Shown piece by piece: positions 41,722 to 52,024 of a stretch of 64,000 bases of DNA. Numbering within the stretch: position 1 is the stretch's first letter; the number at the start of each line of letters is the position of its first letter. Below the pieces are notes generated by a model. The model did not search any database, was not told the origin of the DNA, and saw only the letters and a list, made by a program, of their open reading frames with translations. Location: contig CBDBLV010000001.1 of the NCBI GenBank assembly GCA_965207225.1, forward strand, positions 64,001-128,000, read 5' to 3'. Both the position numbers and the translations under genes were made by a program. The stretch is from Dehalococcoidia bacterium (GTDB lineage Bacteria > Chloroflexota > Dehalococcoidia > Plut-88900).

Positions 41722-44025
41722 ATGACCAAGTACCTGGCAAGAATAAGTGCACGCAGACCGTACCTAATCGTAACGCTTTGGCTCATCCTCGCCGTCATTG
41801 GCGGTGGGCTCGCCGACGACGCAGGACTCGGCCTCAACTTCGGCTTCGTAGATCTCCTCAAGCCCGCCACCACCACGGAGCTCACCCTGGGCAGTGGTGC
41901 CGAGTCCTCACGCACAGACAAGTTGCTGGAAGAAGGATTCGGCGACACCAAGCCTATACACGAGATCATCATCGTTCAATCCGACTCCCTCACCGTTGAC
42001 GACCCCCAATTCCGCAACAGGGTTGTCTCCCTCGCCGCCGAATTCGCAGACCTCGGCCCCGAGATCATCGCCTCTCCTCCAGAGCACTACTTCATCCCCG
42101 AGGTTCTTCTCCCCCTCCTATCCCCCGAACAACTTGCCCAGCGCGAGCAGACCGTATCCGCCGACCGGAAGACGGCCATCATGCGCCTCACCATAGCCGG
42201 AGAATTCGACGAGGCCCTGGAAAACGTCGAACCCGTCCTCGAAATCGTCAAGAAGACTAACGATCAGGACGACTTCGACATCTTCATCATCGGTGATGCC
42301 ACCATCTCCCACGAACAGAACGAGATCGCCGAAAACGACCTCCGCCGCGGCGAGCAAGTCGGAATCCCCGTCGCTCTCGTCATACTCATAGTCCTTTTCG
42401 GCACCGTTGTCGCCGCCCTCATGCCTATAGTCCTAGCCCTGGCTTGCATCATCGTTACCCTGGGCATCACCGCCCTCATAGGTCAGGCCCTGGACCTGGT
42501 CTTCTTCATCACCCTGATGATCATCATGATCGGCCTGGCCGTGGGCATCGACTACTCCCTCCTCATCGTCTCCCGATTCAGGGACGAGCTCGACCGCGGC
42601 CTCGATAGGCAGACCGCCATCGAACGCGCCGGCGAGACCGCGGGCCGCACCGTGCTCTTCAGCGGCGTCACCGTAGTCATCGCCCTCTGCGGCATCCTGA
42701 TAGTGCCCTTCGGATTCTTCCAATCCCTGGGTCTCGGGGCCATCTTGGTGGTTCTTGTCGCCATGGCCGGTACCCTCACCCTTCTCCCTGCCAACCTCGC
42801 CATCCACGGTGGCAGGATCGACAGATTTCCCATCCCCTTCTTCGGGAGAAGGAAGGCCAACCCCTCCAAGGTTTCCGGCGATGGCCTTTGGGAGCTCGTG
42901 ACCCGCGCCGTCACCCGGTACCCTGTCATCAGCGTCATCGCCATTGGCGCACCCATGGTCGCCGCCACGGTCTTCTACTTCCAGATAAACACCGGCCTCA
43001 ACGGCGTCGACGCCTTTCCCGAGGGCGCCCAGACCCGGGATGCCTTCTTCGTAATGGAGGAGCACTTCTCCTTCGGCCTCGTCAATCCCACCGACATCGT
43101 CATAGACGGCGACATTGATAGCCCTCAAGTCCAGCAGGCCATCGCAAAACTGCAGGCCTCCCTTGGAGAAAATCCCGCTCTGTCCCTTGACCCCGGCCCC
43201 CTCATCAGCGAGGACCGGGATCTGGCAAGGCTCACGGTCTTCATCAACGGCGAGTCCCGCAGCCAGGATGCAGTGAACGTCATCGAGACCATCCGAAATG
43301 ACTACGCCCCCGACGCCTTTGACGGCGTAAGCGCCGAGGTCTTCGTCGGTGGCATTAGCGCCATCGCCGCTGACGTCTTCTCCATCGTTGACCTGTACAC
43401 GCCCATCGTCTTCGCCTTCGTCCTCGGCTTCAGCTTCCTCGTCCTCATGCTGGTCTTCCGCTCCATAATCATCCCCATCAAGGCCGTGTTCATGAACCTG
43501 CTCTCCGTAGGGACCGCGTACGGTCTCATGGTCCTGGTGTTCCAGAAGGGCGGCGCGGACCTGTTCGGCTTCCAGCACGCCGAGGTCATTGAGATCTGGA
43601 TGCCCCTTTTCCTCTTTTCCATCCTCTTCGGCCTCTCAATGGACTACCACGTCTTCCTTCTCAGCCGCATCCGGGAGCGCTATGACCAGACCGGTGACAA
43701 CGCCGAGGCCGTAGCCTACGGCCTCCGGTCCACCGCCAGCATTATCACCGGCGCCGCTCTCATCATGGTCGCAGTCTTCGGGGCCTTTGCCTCGGGCGAG
43801 AGCACCATCAACCAGCAGATGGGCTTTGGGCTTGCCGTCGCCGTTTTCCTGGACGCTACCCTGGTGCGCTCGATTCTCGTCCCCGCCAGCATGGAGGTCC
43901 TTGGGAGACGCAACTGGTACCTACCGTCCTGGCTCCACTGGCTCCCCGACCTCCGCGTCGAACCCGCAGAGCATGAAGACATTTCCCCTACCAACCCGGA
44001 ACCCGCAGAGGCCCAACCCCGATGA
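41722..44025 (+). CDS. MMPL-family (RND) transporter
   Basis: GLAVGIDYSLLIVSRFRDE, TAGRTVLFSG, FGLSMDYHVFLLSRIRE, DATLVR. Confidence 0.93.
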   Translation: MTKYLARISARRPYLIVTLWLILAVIGGGLADDAGLGLNFGFVDLLKPATTTELTLGSGAESSRTDKLLEEGFGDTKPIHEIIIVQSDSLTVDDPQFRNRVVSLAAEFADLGPEIIASPPEHYFIPEVLLPLLSPEQLAQREQTVSADRKTAIMRLTIAGEFDEALENVEPVLEIVKKTNDQDDFDIFIIGDATISHEQNEIAENDLRRGEQVGIPVALVILIVLFGTVVAALMPIVLALACIIVTLGITALIGQALDLVFFITLMIIMIGLAVGIDYSLLIVSRFRDELDRGLDRQTAIERAGETAGRTVLFSGVTVVIALCGILIVPFGFFQSLGLGAILVVLVAMAGTLTLLPANLAIHGGRIDRFPIPFFGRRKANPSKVSGDGLWELVTRAVTRYPVISVIAIGAPMVAATVFYFQINTGLNGVDAFPEGAQTRDAFFVMEEHFSFGLVNPTDIVIDGDIDSPQVQQAIAKLQASLGENPALSLDPGPLISEDRDLARLTVFINGESRSQDAVNVIETIRNDYAPDAFDGVSAEVFVGGISAIAADVFSIVDLYTPIVFAFVLGFSFLVLMLVFRSIIIPIKAVFMNLLSVGTAYGLMVLVFQKGGADLFGFQHAEVIEIWMPLFLFSILFGLSMDYHVFLLSRIRERYDQTGDNAEAVAYGLRSTASIITGAALIMVAVFGAFASGESTINQQMGFGLAVAVFLDATLVRSILVPASMEVLGRRNWYLPSWLHWLPDLRVEPAEHEDISPTNPEPAEAQPR

Positions 44026-45194
44026 ACATCCCGACCTGCTACACCGAGGAAGGCGGCTACGCCCAGGCGCGACTCCTGAACCAGGAGATGGCCGACAACT
44101 ACCTGGCTCACACCGTTATCGGAGATCCTCTCGCCGACGCCGCCATTGAACAACTCTCTTCTTATAGCCAGAAGGAAGCTTCCCGCTTCATACGCGCCGG
44201 CATGCGCCAGGACGAAGAGGAATTTACCCAGGCCCCTCCCCTCCTCCGGGAGTTCTTCCACAGCCAGGACACCCCTCCCGACTGGGTCAGGGACGTCGAC
44301 TTCGGCCCCGGAGTCCGCATGTTTCACCGTAACTCTAGGCTTGTCCTGGGCGCCATGGTCGGCGGCACTCTTGTCGAAGGATTCACCACCAACATTGCCA
44401 AATCATTTTTTATAACCGGCCGCCTCCGTGAACAGGGTGTCAGGCGGCTGAAGCAGAACAATCGGCACATGGTCGAAATATTCATGCCCGGCGGCATGGA
44501 TAGAGCAGGCGATGGCTGGAAGTTGTCCGTACGCATCCGGCTGATTCACGCCATGGTCAGGCGACTGCTAAACGCATCCGGAGACTGGGACAGCGCAGCC
44601 TGGGGGGCGCCCATCAGCGCTGCCCACGTGGGATTCGCCATTACCGCCTTTTCTGCAAGACTCCTAGTTCACCTGAAAAGTCTCGGCGCCGAATTCAATG
44701 ACGAAGAACGGGCTAGCTTCATGCAGGTGTGGCGCTATTCAGGCCACCTTATGGGCATACCGGACTCGATCCTCTTTCACACGGAAGAAGATGCCCTGGA
44801 AATGTTCAAGATAGGCGCCATGTGTGAACCTCCTCCCGGGATGGAGTCCATCGTCCTCGCCCACTCCCTGGTCAACTCCGCCCCATTGATCGCGGGAGTC
44901 ACCGAACCGAAAGCCCGTGCAGACCTCGCCGGGTACGTCTTTCGCGTATCCCGCGCGCTCATCGGGCCCAAGACCGCCAAGAGCCTCCGGTACCCTTTCT
45001 TCCCCACCTTCGGGGTCCTCTTCTGGTTCAGGCTTCAGGACCGCTACAACCGTCTCATGGACAGGTTGATCCCCGGCCGACTCCAAAGGAAGAACCCTCT
45101 TCTCACCCTGTTCAATGTGTCTATGTTCGATGAGGAAGGCATAACTTTTCGGCTCCCCGACCACGTTTACGACGAGCGGTCCAGCCGGTGGTAG
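44022..45194 (+). CDS. MpaB/DUF2236 (Lcp-like) oxygenase family protein
   Basis: GDPLADA, PPDWV, VRIRLIHAMVR, WGAPIS, WRYSGHLMGI; ATGA overlap with the MMPL stop. Confidence 0.8.
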   Translation: MNIPTCYTEEGGYAQARLLNQEMADNYLAHTVIGDPLADAAIEQLSSYSQKEASRFIRAGMRQDEEEFTQAPPLLREFFHSQDTPPDWVRDVDFGPGVRMFHRNSRLVLGAMVGGTLVEGFTTNIAKSFFITGRLREQGVRRLKQNNRHMVEIFMPGGMDRAGDGWKLSVRIRLIHAMVRRLLNASGDWDSAAWGAPISAAHVGFAITAFSARLLVHLKSLGAEFNDEERASFMQVWRYSGHLMGIPDSILFHTEEDALEMFKIGAMCEPPPGMESIVLAHSLVNSAPLIAGVTEPKARADLAGYVFRVSRALIGPKTAKSLRYPFFPTFGVLFWFRLQDRYNRLMDRLIPGRLQRKNPLLTLFNVSMFDEEGITFRLPDHVYDERSSRW

Positions 45195-45359
45195 TTGGCA
45201 TGTTTGCGTCCCGCATTGCGTTATCCCAAGAACGTCCTTAGGTGCTATAATGCCGCCGGAGAATCACGTAGCCTAAACCAATCCCGACCAACCTCTTCGG
45301 CAGGGCGGAGTGCCGGAGAATACATTGCAGGGTGTGGCAAATCCAATTAGGGGGCCCCA

Positions 45360-45758
45360 ATGGTGACGAACGAACAGGAAGGCGGACCGACAACCTGGTC
45401 TGTCGCCGATACCAAAAATCTGACTATAGAGGGTGAACGTAAGTCAGGCACGCTGATAGCCAAAGCCTCGGGCCGCATTGACGGCAGCAACGCCCGGGAA
45501 TTCCAGGATGCCCTGGAGACCTTCCTGGAAGGCGAGGTGTCTTCCTTGGTCTTGGACCTGGAGCATCTTTCCTATATCAGTAGTGCAGGTCTCAGAGTTA
45601 TTCTGCTGGTTTCCAAGAAGTTGCAGCGAAACTCCGCCCAGTTTGGCGTCTGCTCCCTTTCAGTCTCTATCAGTGAAGTCTTTCAGATAAGCGGCTTCGA
45701 CAAGATTATCCGTACTCACTCAACCCAGGCCGATGCCCTCTCCGCTATCAACGCCTAA
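45360..45758 (+). CDS. STAS anti-sigma-factor antagonist
   Basis: GRID, LDLEHLSYISSAGLRV, VFQISGF. Confidence 0.92.
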   Translation: MVTNEQEGGPTTWSVADTKNLTIEGERKSGTLIAKASGRIDGSNAREFQDALETFLEGEVSSLVLDLEHLSYISSAGLRVILLVSKKLQRNSAQFGVCSLSVSISEVFQISGFDKIIRTHSTQADALSAINA

Positions 45759-45855
45759 GCCCGGCTTTCGTCCCCGGTCCTACCCTCCTTCCTGGGAAGA
45801 GGCATTTCAATCCCGCAAGTTCCCCGTGACCCGGTACAAAATCGGCTAATTTGAC

Positions 45856-47016
45856 ATGGAACCCCCATACAAAATCCTCGTTGTAGACGACGAACCCGAC
45901 CTCGAACCCCTTATGCTCCAGCGCATGCGCAGGGACATCCGCAAGGGTCAATATGAATTCGTATTCGCCCATGACGGCAATGAGGCCCTCGAACGCCTCG
46001 ATGAGCACAAAGACGTTGATATGATCCTGTCCGATATCAACATGCCCGGTATGGACGGACTCACCCTCCTCGAGCAGATCCCGAAAGTTGACCCCGAGCT
46101 TCGCGCCGTCATGGTCTCAGCCTACGGCGACATGAAGAACATCCGCACCGCCATGAACCGCGGTGCCTTCGACTTCGTCACCAAGCCCATCGACTTCGAA
46201 GACCTCCGCATTACCATCGACCGCACCCTCCGTCACATGGCCGAATGGCGCGAGGCCCTCGCCACGCGCGACAAGCTCGTCGCCATTCAGAACGAGCTTG
46301 GCGTAGCCCAGAAGATCCAGCAGTCCGTCCTCCCTACTGAATTCCCCACTAGCGATGCTTACGAAATCGATGGCCGCATGGAGCCCGCCCGCGAAGTCGG
46401 CGGCGATTTCTATGACGTCCTCCGACTTGAAAACGATAGGATCGGCCTTTCCGTCGCCGATGTCTCCGACAAGGGCGTACCCGCCGCACTCTTTATGATG
46501 TCGACCCTTACCGCCCTTAAAGGCTCGGCCATAGGCCTCGGAGACCCGGGCGCCGTCCTCACCGAGGTTAACACCCTCCTCGAAGAGGAAAACGAGGCCG
46601 CCATGTTCGTCACCCTGTTCTACGCCGTCTTTAACCCCGCCAACGGCCTCTTTACATACGCCAATGGCGGCCACAACCCGCCTGTCATCGTTCACGCCGA
46701 CGGCTCCTCGACTATCCTCCCTGTCACCAACGGCGTTGCCTTGGGCATCGCCCCGGGCTGGGAATACGACGAGGCCGCAGTCACTCTCGCCCCTGGAGAG
46801 ACCATCATCCTCTACACCGACGGCGTAACCGAGGCCATGAACGCCGAGGGCGAAGAGTTCGGCCTCGACCGCCTTTGCCAGATACTTAGCCAGTCTCGAC
46901 CTACGGGTGCAAAACAAGCCAACTCCATAATCTTCGACGCCGTCAGAGATTTTGCCGGCGACACCCCCCAGTCCGACGATATAACCTGCCTCACTTTCCG
47001 GCGGAGCGAGTCCTGA
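45856..47016 (+). CDS. Receiver domain-SpoIIE/PP2C phosphatase (RsbU-like)
   Basis: ILVVDDE, SDINMP, KP; EVGGDFYD, ADVSDKG, YTDGVTEA, DDIT. Confidence 0.93.
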   Translation: MEPPYKILVVDDEPDLEPLMLQRMRRDIRKGQYEFVFAHDGNEALERLDEHKDVDMILSDINMPGMDGLTLLEQIPKVDPELRAVMVSAYGDMKNIRTAMNRGAFDFVTKPIDFEDLRITIDRTLRHMAEWREALATRDKLVAIQNELGVAQKIQQSVLPTEFPTSDAYEIDGRMEPAREVGGDFYDVLRLENDRIGLSVADVSDKGVPAALFMMSTLTALKGSAIGLGDPGAVLTEVNTLLEEENEAAMFVTLFYAVFNPANGLFTYANGGHNPPVIVHADGSSTILPVTNGVALGIAPGWEYDEAAVTLAPGETIILYTDGVTEAMNAEGEEFGLDRLCQILSQSRPTGAKQANSIIFDAVRDFAGDTPQSDDITCLTFRRSES

Positions 47017-47019
47017 ACC

Positions 47020-47439
47020 TTGAGCGCTAACCTCTCCATCAAGGTCAAGTCCGACCGTGAAGAGCTCGACGGCATCACCGCCGCCGTTGAGGCCTTGTCC
47101 GTCGACGAAGCCTGGTCCTCGGACCTCCTCTTCCGCATCAACCTCGTCATTGAAGAGCTCGTCCTCAACATCATGGACTACGGCTACGATGATGACCAGC
47201 ATGAAATCGAGATAAATCTCAAGTCAGACTCGGAGGCCGTCACCATCGACATCCTGGACGAAGGTCGTTCCTTTGACCCCCTCCATGATGCCCCCGTCCC
47301 CGATATCAACGCTCCCTTGGAAGAGCGCTCGGTCGGGGGCTTGGGCATCCACCTGGCCAAGACCATGATGGACGAACTCTCCTACCACAGGGAGGACGCT
47401 CGCAACCATCTCCAGCTGGTCAAGCGCCGCGAGGAATAG
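47020..47439 (+). CDS. Anti-sigma factor Ser/Thr kinase (RsbW-like)
   Basis: EELVLNI, DEGRSFDP, GGLGIHL. Confidence 0.9.
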   Translation: MSANLSIKVKSDREELDGITAAVEALSVDEAWSSDLLFRINLVIEELVLNIMDYGYDDDQHEIEINLKSDSEAVTIDILDEGRSFDPLHDAPVPDINAPLEERSVGGLGIHLAKTMMDELSYHREDARNHLQLVKRREE

Positions 47440-47468
47440 CCCACGCCTCGTTGACAGATGAAAGCCAG

Positions 47469-47502
47469 GAGGCCCGGCGCTCAGCGCCGGGCCTCTTCTT
47501 TT
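47469..47502 (+). terminator. Intrinsic terminator
   Basis: GAGGCCCGGCGC-TCA-GCGCCGGGCCTC then TTCTTTT. Confidence 0.75.
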
Positions 47503-47533
47503 CTCTTCAGGCCACAGGTGAAAGTCGAATGTC

Positions 47534-48487
47534 TCACCCGATCTGGTAGTGAAAATACGTCAGGCTCACCAGGTCGTGCAACTCCCGGCAGTGTCTTCCC
47601 GCCCGGCTCAGAAACTCCTGACGGTCGTGCCAGTCGTGCCAGTCGTATTCAACCATCGCCCCGAGCCTTCCCGCAAGCCTCCTCGCTGCAGCCCCGGAAC
47701 CCTCGTCGGGCGCAGGCCCGAATCCCGACAGTTCCTGCCCGATCCTGACCGCCGACCCGATCAGCGAGCTCGGCAGCTGCGGGTCCGTTACCAGCAGGTC
47801 CAGCACCCGGTGCGAGTCTACTTCCAGCCCGTGCCTGTTCGCATACGCCTCGAATGCGTTGTAGACCCTGAGCAGGGTTGACCAGTCGGCATCCGAGTCC
47901 TCCTTCAGAGTTGCCGCTGTCGCCAGCTGCGCTGCCAGCAGCGAAATCAGCAGCTGCGCCCGCTCCATTGCCTGCCCCAGCTGCATGAAGCGCCATCCAT
48001 CGTCCCGGTACATCGTCGTGTCCGCCACGCCCTTGAACCGGTTGATGTCCCCTACCGTCTCCGCGTAGAAGTTCTGGGGAGAGGTCGACCAGATGTCCTG
48101 CATCCCCATTTTCTGGATCCGCAGGTATGACACGTTCAGCGACATCCACATCTCCCCGCTTATCCGGTTTCGCATCTGCCGCGCATTCTCCCGACCCATC
48201 CAGAAGCACTGCCACACCGACCCCGAGTTCGACCTCTCGAACGTCAGGTCATCCGCCAGCGTGAAGGAGTCCGCCAGCAGGAAGTCGTCATCACTGTCGA
48301 CCTCTAGTGCGCCCCCCGGCGGGACCCGACCCAGTGTGGCATAGATCCTTCGCCATCCGAAGTAGATCTCCCCCACTGGTCGGTCCACCAGGGCCTCCGT
48401 CTGCAGCTGCAGCATCCGGCTCAGGTGCCGGGCCCGCTCCAGGTAGCGGCCCATCCAGTACAGGCCCGCAGCGCTACGCGAGAGCAT
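47534..48487 (-). CDS. Alpha-E domain protein (DUF403)
   Basis: MLSR.A..LYWMGRYLERA, RENARQMR..IS.EMW, F.QLG..MERA. Confidence 0.92.
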   Translation of the reverse strand: MLSRSAAGLYWMGRYLERARHLSRMLQLQTEALVDRPVGEIYFGWRRIYATLGRVPPGGALEVDSDDDFLLADSFTLADDLTFERSNSGSVWQCFWMGRENARQMRNRISGEMWMSLNVSYLRIQKMGMQDIWSTSPQNFYAETVGDINRFKGVADTTMYRDDGWRFMQLGQAMERAQLLISLLAAQLATAATLKEDSDADWSTLLRVYNAFEAYANRHGLEVDSHRVLDLLVTDPQLPSSLIGSAVRIGQELSGFGPAPDEGSGAAARRLAGRLGAMVEYDWHDWHDRQEFLSRAGRHCRELHDLVSLTYFHYQIG

Positions 48488-49886
48488 CTGCTTTCTTCGG
48501 CTCCGTCTCCTCGTCGAACTCTTCCGGCATCAGCACGAACTCGGGGTATGACTCCATGCCCAGCTCCCCGACGTCCTGGCCCAGCTCTTCTACCTGCCGC
48601 GATATCCGCACTCCGAGCACCCTGTCCAGCACATACCACACCGTGAATGCGCTGCCAAACACGAAGCCGCCAATCGCAGCTATGCCCATCAGCTGGACGT
48701 GGAACTGCGCCTCGCCGGGAGCGGTGAAACTCACGGCAATGGTGCCCCAGACACCCGCGATCAGGTGTGCCGGGATCGCCCCTACCACGTCATCCAGCTT
48801 CAAACGTTCCAGCAGCTTCAGACCGGCCGTGCAAACCAGGCCGCCTATGGCCCCAACCACTATTGCCCAGAAATGGTCGGGATTCGCAGGCCACGCCGTC
48901 ACCGCAACAAGTCCCGCTATAGCTCCGTTCAGACCCGCAAACAGGTCTATCCGACCCAGGATCGGCCTCGAAACCGCCAGCGCCGTGACCACCCCTGCCG
49001 CTGCGCCCAGGTTGGTGTTCACTAGGACAACGCTCATTGCTACCGCGTCGAGCGCGCTCCCGAGCGCCAGCTGGGACCCGCCGTTGAACCCGAACCAGCC
49101 CAACCACAGGATGAACACGCCCAGCGTCACCAGCAATACGTTGGAGGGCGGCGTCGCCTTGACGCTCCCGTCCCTGCGGTACTTGCCCAGCCTTGGCCCC
49201 ACCAGCATGATCCCCGCCAGCGCCGCCCAGCCTCCCGTGCTGTGCACTATCGTCGAGCCCGCAAAGTCGGAGAATCCCGCCTGTGCCAGCCATCCCCCTC
49301 CCCACGTCCAGGACCCCACTATCGGGTAGATGAACCCCGTCAGCGCCAGCGTAAACAGGAAGAACGGGAGCAGCTTTATCCGCTCCGCTATCGCACCCGA
49401 TACCACAGACGCCGCAGTCGCCACGAACACCATCTGGAAGAACCAGTCCGACATCACCGAGTAGCCGTTCCCGACCACCTCACCCACCGCACCCTCATCC
49501 TCACCAATTAACGCAATCTCGGCTTCCGACGGTCCGTACAGGAATTCGAACCGCCCCCACAACCCGACATCCCCCACGTCCGTGTACATCAGGTTGTATC
49601 CGATGAAGAAGAACGCCAGCCCCGCTATCGAATAGATGCCGATGTTCTTCAGGCAGATGGTCGATGCGTTCTTTGTCCGCACCGACCCCGACTCCAGCAT
49701 CGTGAAACCGGCGCACATCCACATCACCAGTGCTCCCCAGATCAGGAACGCAAAGGTGTTCAGGATGAACTGCGACTCTTCGTCCACCCCCGCTGCATGG
49801 GCGATGGCCGGCCTGGCCAGAAAGGCCCCCATTGTCACAAGTCCGACCAATGCGATTAAGATTGCGGGTCTGCGAATCACAAGCAT
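48474..49886 (-). CDS. amt: Ammonium transporter
   Basis: GFTMLESGSVRTKN, FFQMVF, DFAGSTIVH, GWFGFNGGS, DDVVGAIPAH. Confidence 0.95.
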   Translation of the reverse strand: MLVIRRPAILIALVGLVTMGAFLARPAIAHAAGVDEESQFILNTFAFLIWGALVMWMCAGFTMLESGSVRTKNASTICLKNIGIYSIAGLAFFFIGYNLMYTDVGDVGLWGRFEFLYGPSEAEIALIGEDEGAVGEVVGNGYSVMSDWFFQMVFVATAASVVSGAIAERIKLLPFFLFTLALTGFIYPIVGSWTWGGGWLAQAGFSDFAGSTIVHSTGGWAALAGIMLVGPRLGKYRRDGSVKATPPSNVLLVTLGVFILWLGWFGFNGGSQLALGSALDAVAMSVVLVNTNLGAAAGVVTALAVSRPILGRIDLFAGLNGAIAGLVAVTAWPANPDHFWAIVVGAIGGLVCTAGLKLLERLKLDDVVGAIPAHLIAGVWGTIAVSFTAPGEAQFHVQLMGIAAIGGFVFGSAFTVWYVLDRVLGVRISRQVEELGQDVGELGMESYPEFVLMPEEFDEETEPKKADALA

Positions 49887-49939
49887 GTTACAGGCCTCCT
49901 GGCTCTTTGTGTTTTAAGGGACCCTCATCTATCCGATAC

Positions 49940-51373
49940 TCAGTCTTCCAATACCCAGAAGTCTTTCCCTCCGCCCCCCTGGCTCGAGTTTACCACCAGG
50001 CTCCCCCGGCGCAGCGCCACCCGGCAGAATGCCCCCGGCACCAGCCGCGTGTTCTGCCCGTGTAATACGAATGGCCGAAGGTCCACGTGCCGGGGCTCGA
50101 ATTTCCCATCTATCAGGCAAGGCGACCTCGAAAGCGCGAGCACCGGTTGCGATATATAGTTCGCTGGGTCTGCTCGCAGCTCCTCTGCATACGCCTCTCG
50201 TTCCTCCGCCGTCGAATGTGGGCCTATCAGCATCCCGTATCCCCCGGAACCCCCCACCTGCTTGACTACCAAGTCTTCAAGGTTGTCCAGCGTGTACTCC
50301 AGGTCCTCCGGGCGCCGGCATAGCCGTGTATCGACGTTTTGGAGGATCGCTTCTTCGCCCAGGTAGAACCTTATCATGTCCGGCACATAGGCGTATACGC
50401 TCTTGTCGTCCGCCACCCCTGTCCCGGGAGCGTTCACCAGTCCTACGTTGCCCAGCTTGTAGGCATGCACCAGCCCCGGCACCCCCAGCAGCGAATCAGG
50501 CCTGAATGTCAGCGGGTCCAGGAAATCGTCATCCACCCGGCGGTATACCACGTCCACCCTCTTCAGCCCCCCGGTCGTCCGCATGTATACCATGCCCTCT
50601 TTCACAAGCAGGTCCTGGCCCTCCACCAACTCCGCCCCTATCTCCTGGGCCAGGAAGATGTGCTCGTAGAACGCAGAGTTGTACACTCCGGGCGTCAAAA
50701 GGACGATGGTCGGGTCCGTCCGACCGCTCGGGGCCATCTCCAGCAGCGTCTCTCTCAACGCCCGACCGTAGTGCTCCACCTCCCTGACCCTGGAAGTCCT
50801 GTACAGACGCCTCAAACTGGCCTTCGCCGCCTTACGGTTCGCCAGCATGTACGACACCCCGGACGGCACCCGCAGGTTGTCCTCCAGCACCCGCCACCCG
50901 TCATTCGTCCTCACTAGGTCCGTGCCGCAAATGCCTACCCATGTCCCGTACGGCGCTGAAAAGCCTCGCATCTCCGTTCGATACTGGGGACATCCCATCA
51001 CCACGTCGGCGGGTATCACCCCGTCCCGTATGATTCGTGCCTCGCCGTACACATCCTCCAGGAACGCGTTAAGCCCCTTCAGCCTCTGCGTAAGCCCGCG
51101 CTCCAGGAGGCCCCACTCCTCGCTGGACATGGCCCGGGGCAGGCAGTCTATGGGGATAATCCGCTCGTCCGCCTCTTCGTCCCCATACACGATGAAAGTT
51201 ATCCCTTCCGTCGAAAAAGAGCGCATGACGCGCTCCTGGATGCTGTGCAGCTCCTCGGCGGAAAGTCGGGTCAGCGTCTCTACAATCTGCCGACAGTGCT
51301 CCCGCGGAGCACCGTCCGGCAGGAACATTTCGTCATATATCGCAGGATCGAGATCGTAGGTATCAAAATCCAC
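49940..51373 (-). CDS. Circularly permuted type 2 ATP-grasp protein
   Basis: YDEM, LEDNLRVPSGVSYM, NSAFYEH, YRRVDDDFLDP, GVADDK, VVNSSQGGGGKD. Confidence 0.93.
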   Translation of the reverse strand: MDFDTYDLDPAIYDEMFLPDGAPREHCRQIVETLTRLSAEELHSIQERVMRSFSTEGITFIVYGDEEADERIIPIDCLPRAMSSEEWGLLERGLTQRLKGLNAFLEDVYGEARIIRDGVIPADVVMGCPQYRTEMRGFSAPYGTWVGICGTDLVRTNDGWRVLEDNLRVPSGVSYMLANRKAAKASLRRLYRTSRVREVEHYGRALRETLLEMAPSGRTDPTIVLLTPGVYNSAFYEHIFLAQEIGAELVEGQDLLVKEGMVYMRTTGGLKRVDVVYRRVDDDFLDPLTFRPDSLLGVPGLVHAYKLGNVGLVNAPGTGVADDKSVYAYVPDMIRFYLGEEAILQNVDTRLCRRPEDLEYTLDNLEDLVVKQVGGSGGYGMLIGPHSTAEEREAYAEELRADPANYISQPVLALSRSPCLIDGKFEPRHVDLRPFVLHGQNTRLVPGAFCRVALRRGSLVVNSSQGGGGKDFWVLED

Positions 51374-51498
51374 GGCGCCAACCTAACTGAGAAAGTGCGA
51401 TTATACCAGAGCAGCTATACGGTATCGGTTTGGGCCCGCCCAACTCCTAAGCGTCACAGCCAAGCCCCGACTCCCTTTTCATCTATAATTTCTACAGC

Positions 51499-52005
51499 AT
51501 GAACGCCGGAATCACCGCAGGGGCCATCGCCGCCATAATCGCCGTCCTCGTCTCCATCCCCCTCAAGTCACCCGACGACGCCCTCCTAAACTCCGCTACC
51601 GTCGGAATCGCATCCCTTCTCGTTGGCCTCCTCTCGGCCCTCATGTGGCGAATGCTCATCAACACCGAGAAACACGTCAAGAATTACCTCATCCTTTGGG
51701 CAGTCTCCTCCGTGACCGTCGGCTCCATGCTCATCTCCGCCTTCGCCGTCCAGCTCGACAACCTCGTCCCCTTCGCCCTTCCCTTGACCATCATCGTCTG
51801 CGTCATCACTGGCGTGCTCACCCCCGTATGTGGCCGGGACCCTTCCCCCCTGAAGTGGTGGGCTGCCCCCGCCGCCGTAGCCCTTGCCCTTGCCCTCGCC
51901 ATTCCCCTCGCCGAGGTCGGAGACCAGGAGTCCGGCCGCCTCGAGCTCCCCCCGAAGACCCGACTTGTGCAGCCCGCCCCCGACCTGTACCTTGAGGCCA
52001 CGTAA
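51499..52005 (+). CDS. Membrane protein
   Basis: About five hydrophobic segments; TATAAT just upstream. Confidence 0.7.
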   Translation: MNAGITAGAIAAIIAVLVSIPLKSPDDALLNSATVGIASLLVGLLSALMWRMLINTEKHVKNYLILWAVSSVTVGSMLISAFAVQLDNLVPFALPLTIIVCVITGVLTPVCGRDPSPLKWWAAPAAVALALALAIPLAEVGDQESGRLELPPKTRLVQPAPDLYLEAT

Positions 52006-52024
52006 ACCCAACCGGAGGTTCCTG

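Noticed and set aside
45250-45359. Riboswitch in the STAS gene leader
   Set aside because: Only a short direct repeat; no aptamer consensus recognised
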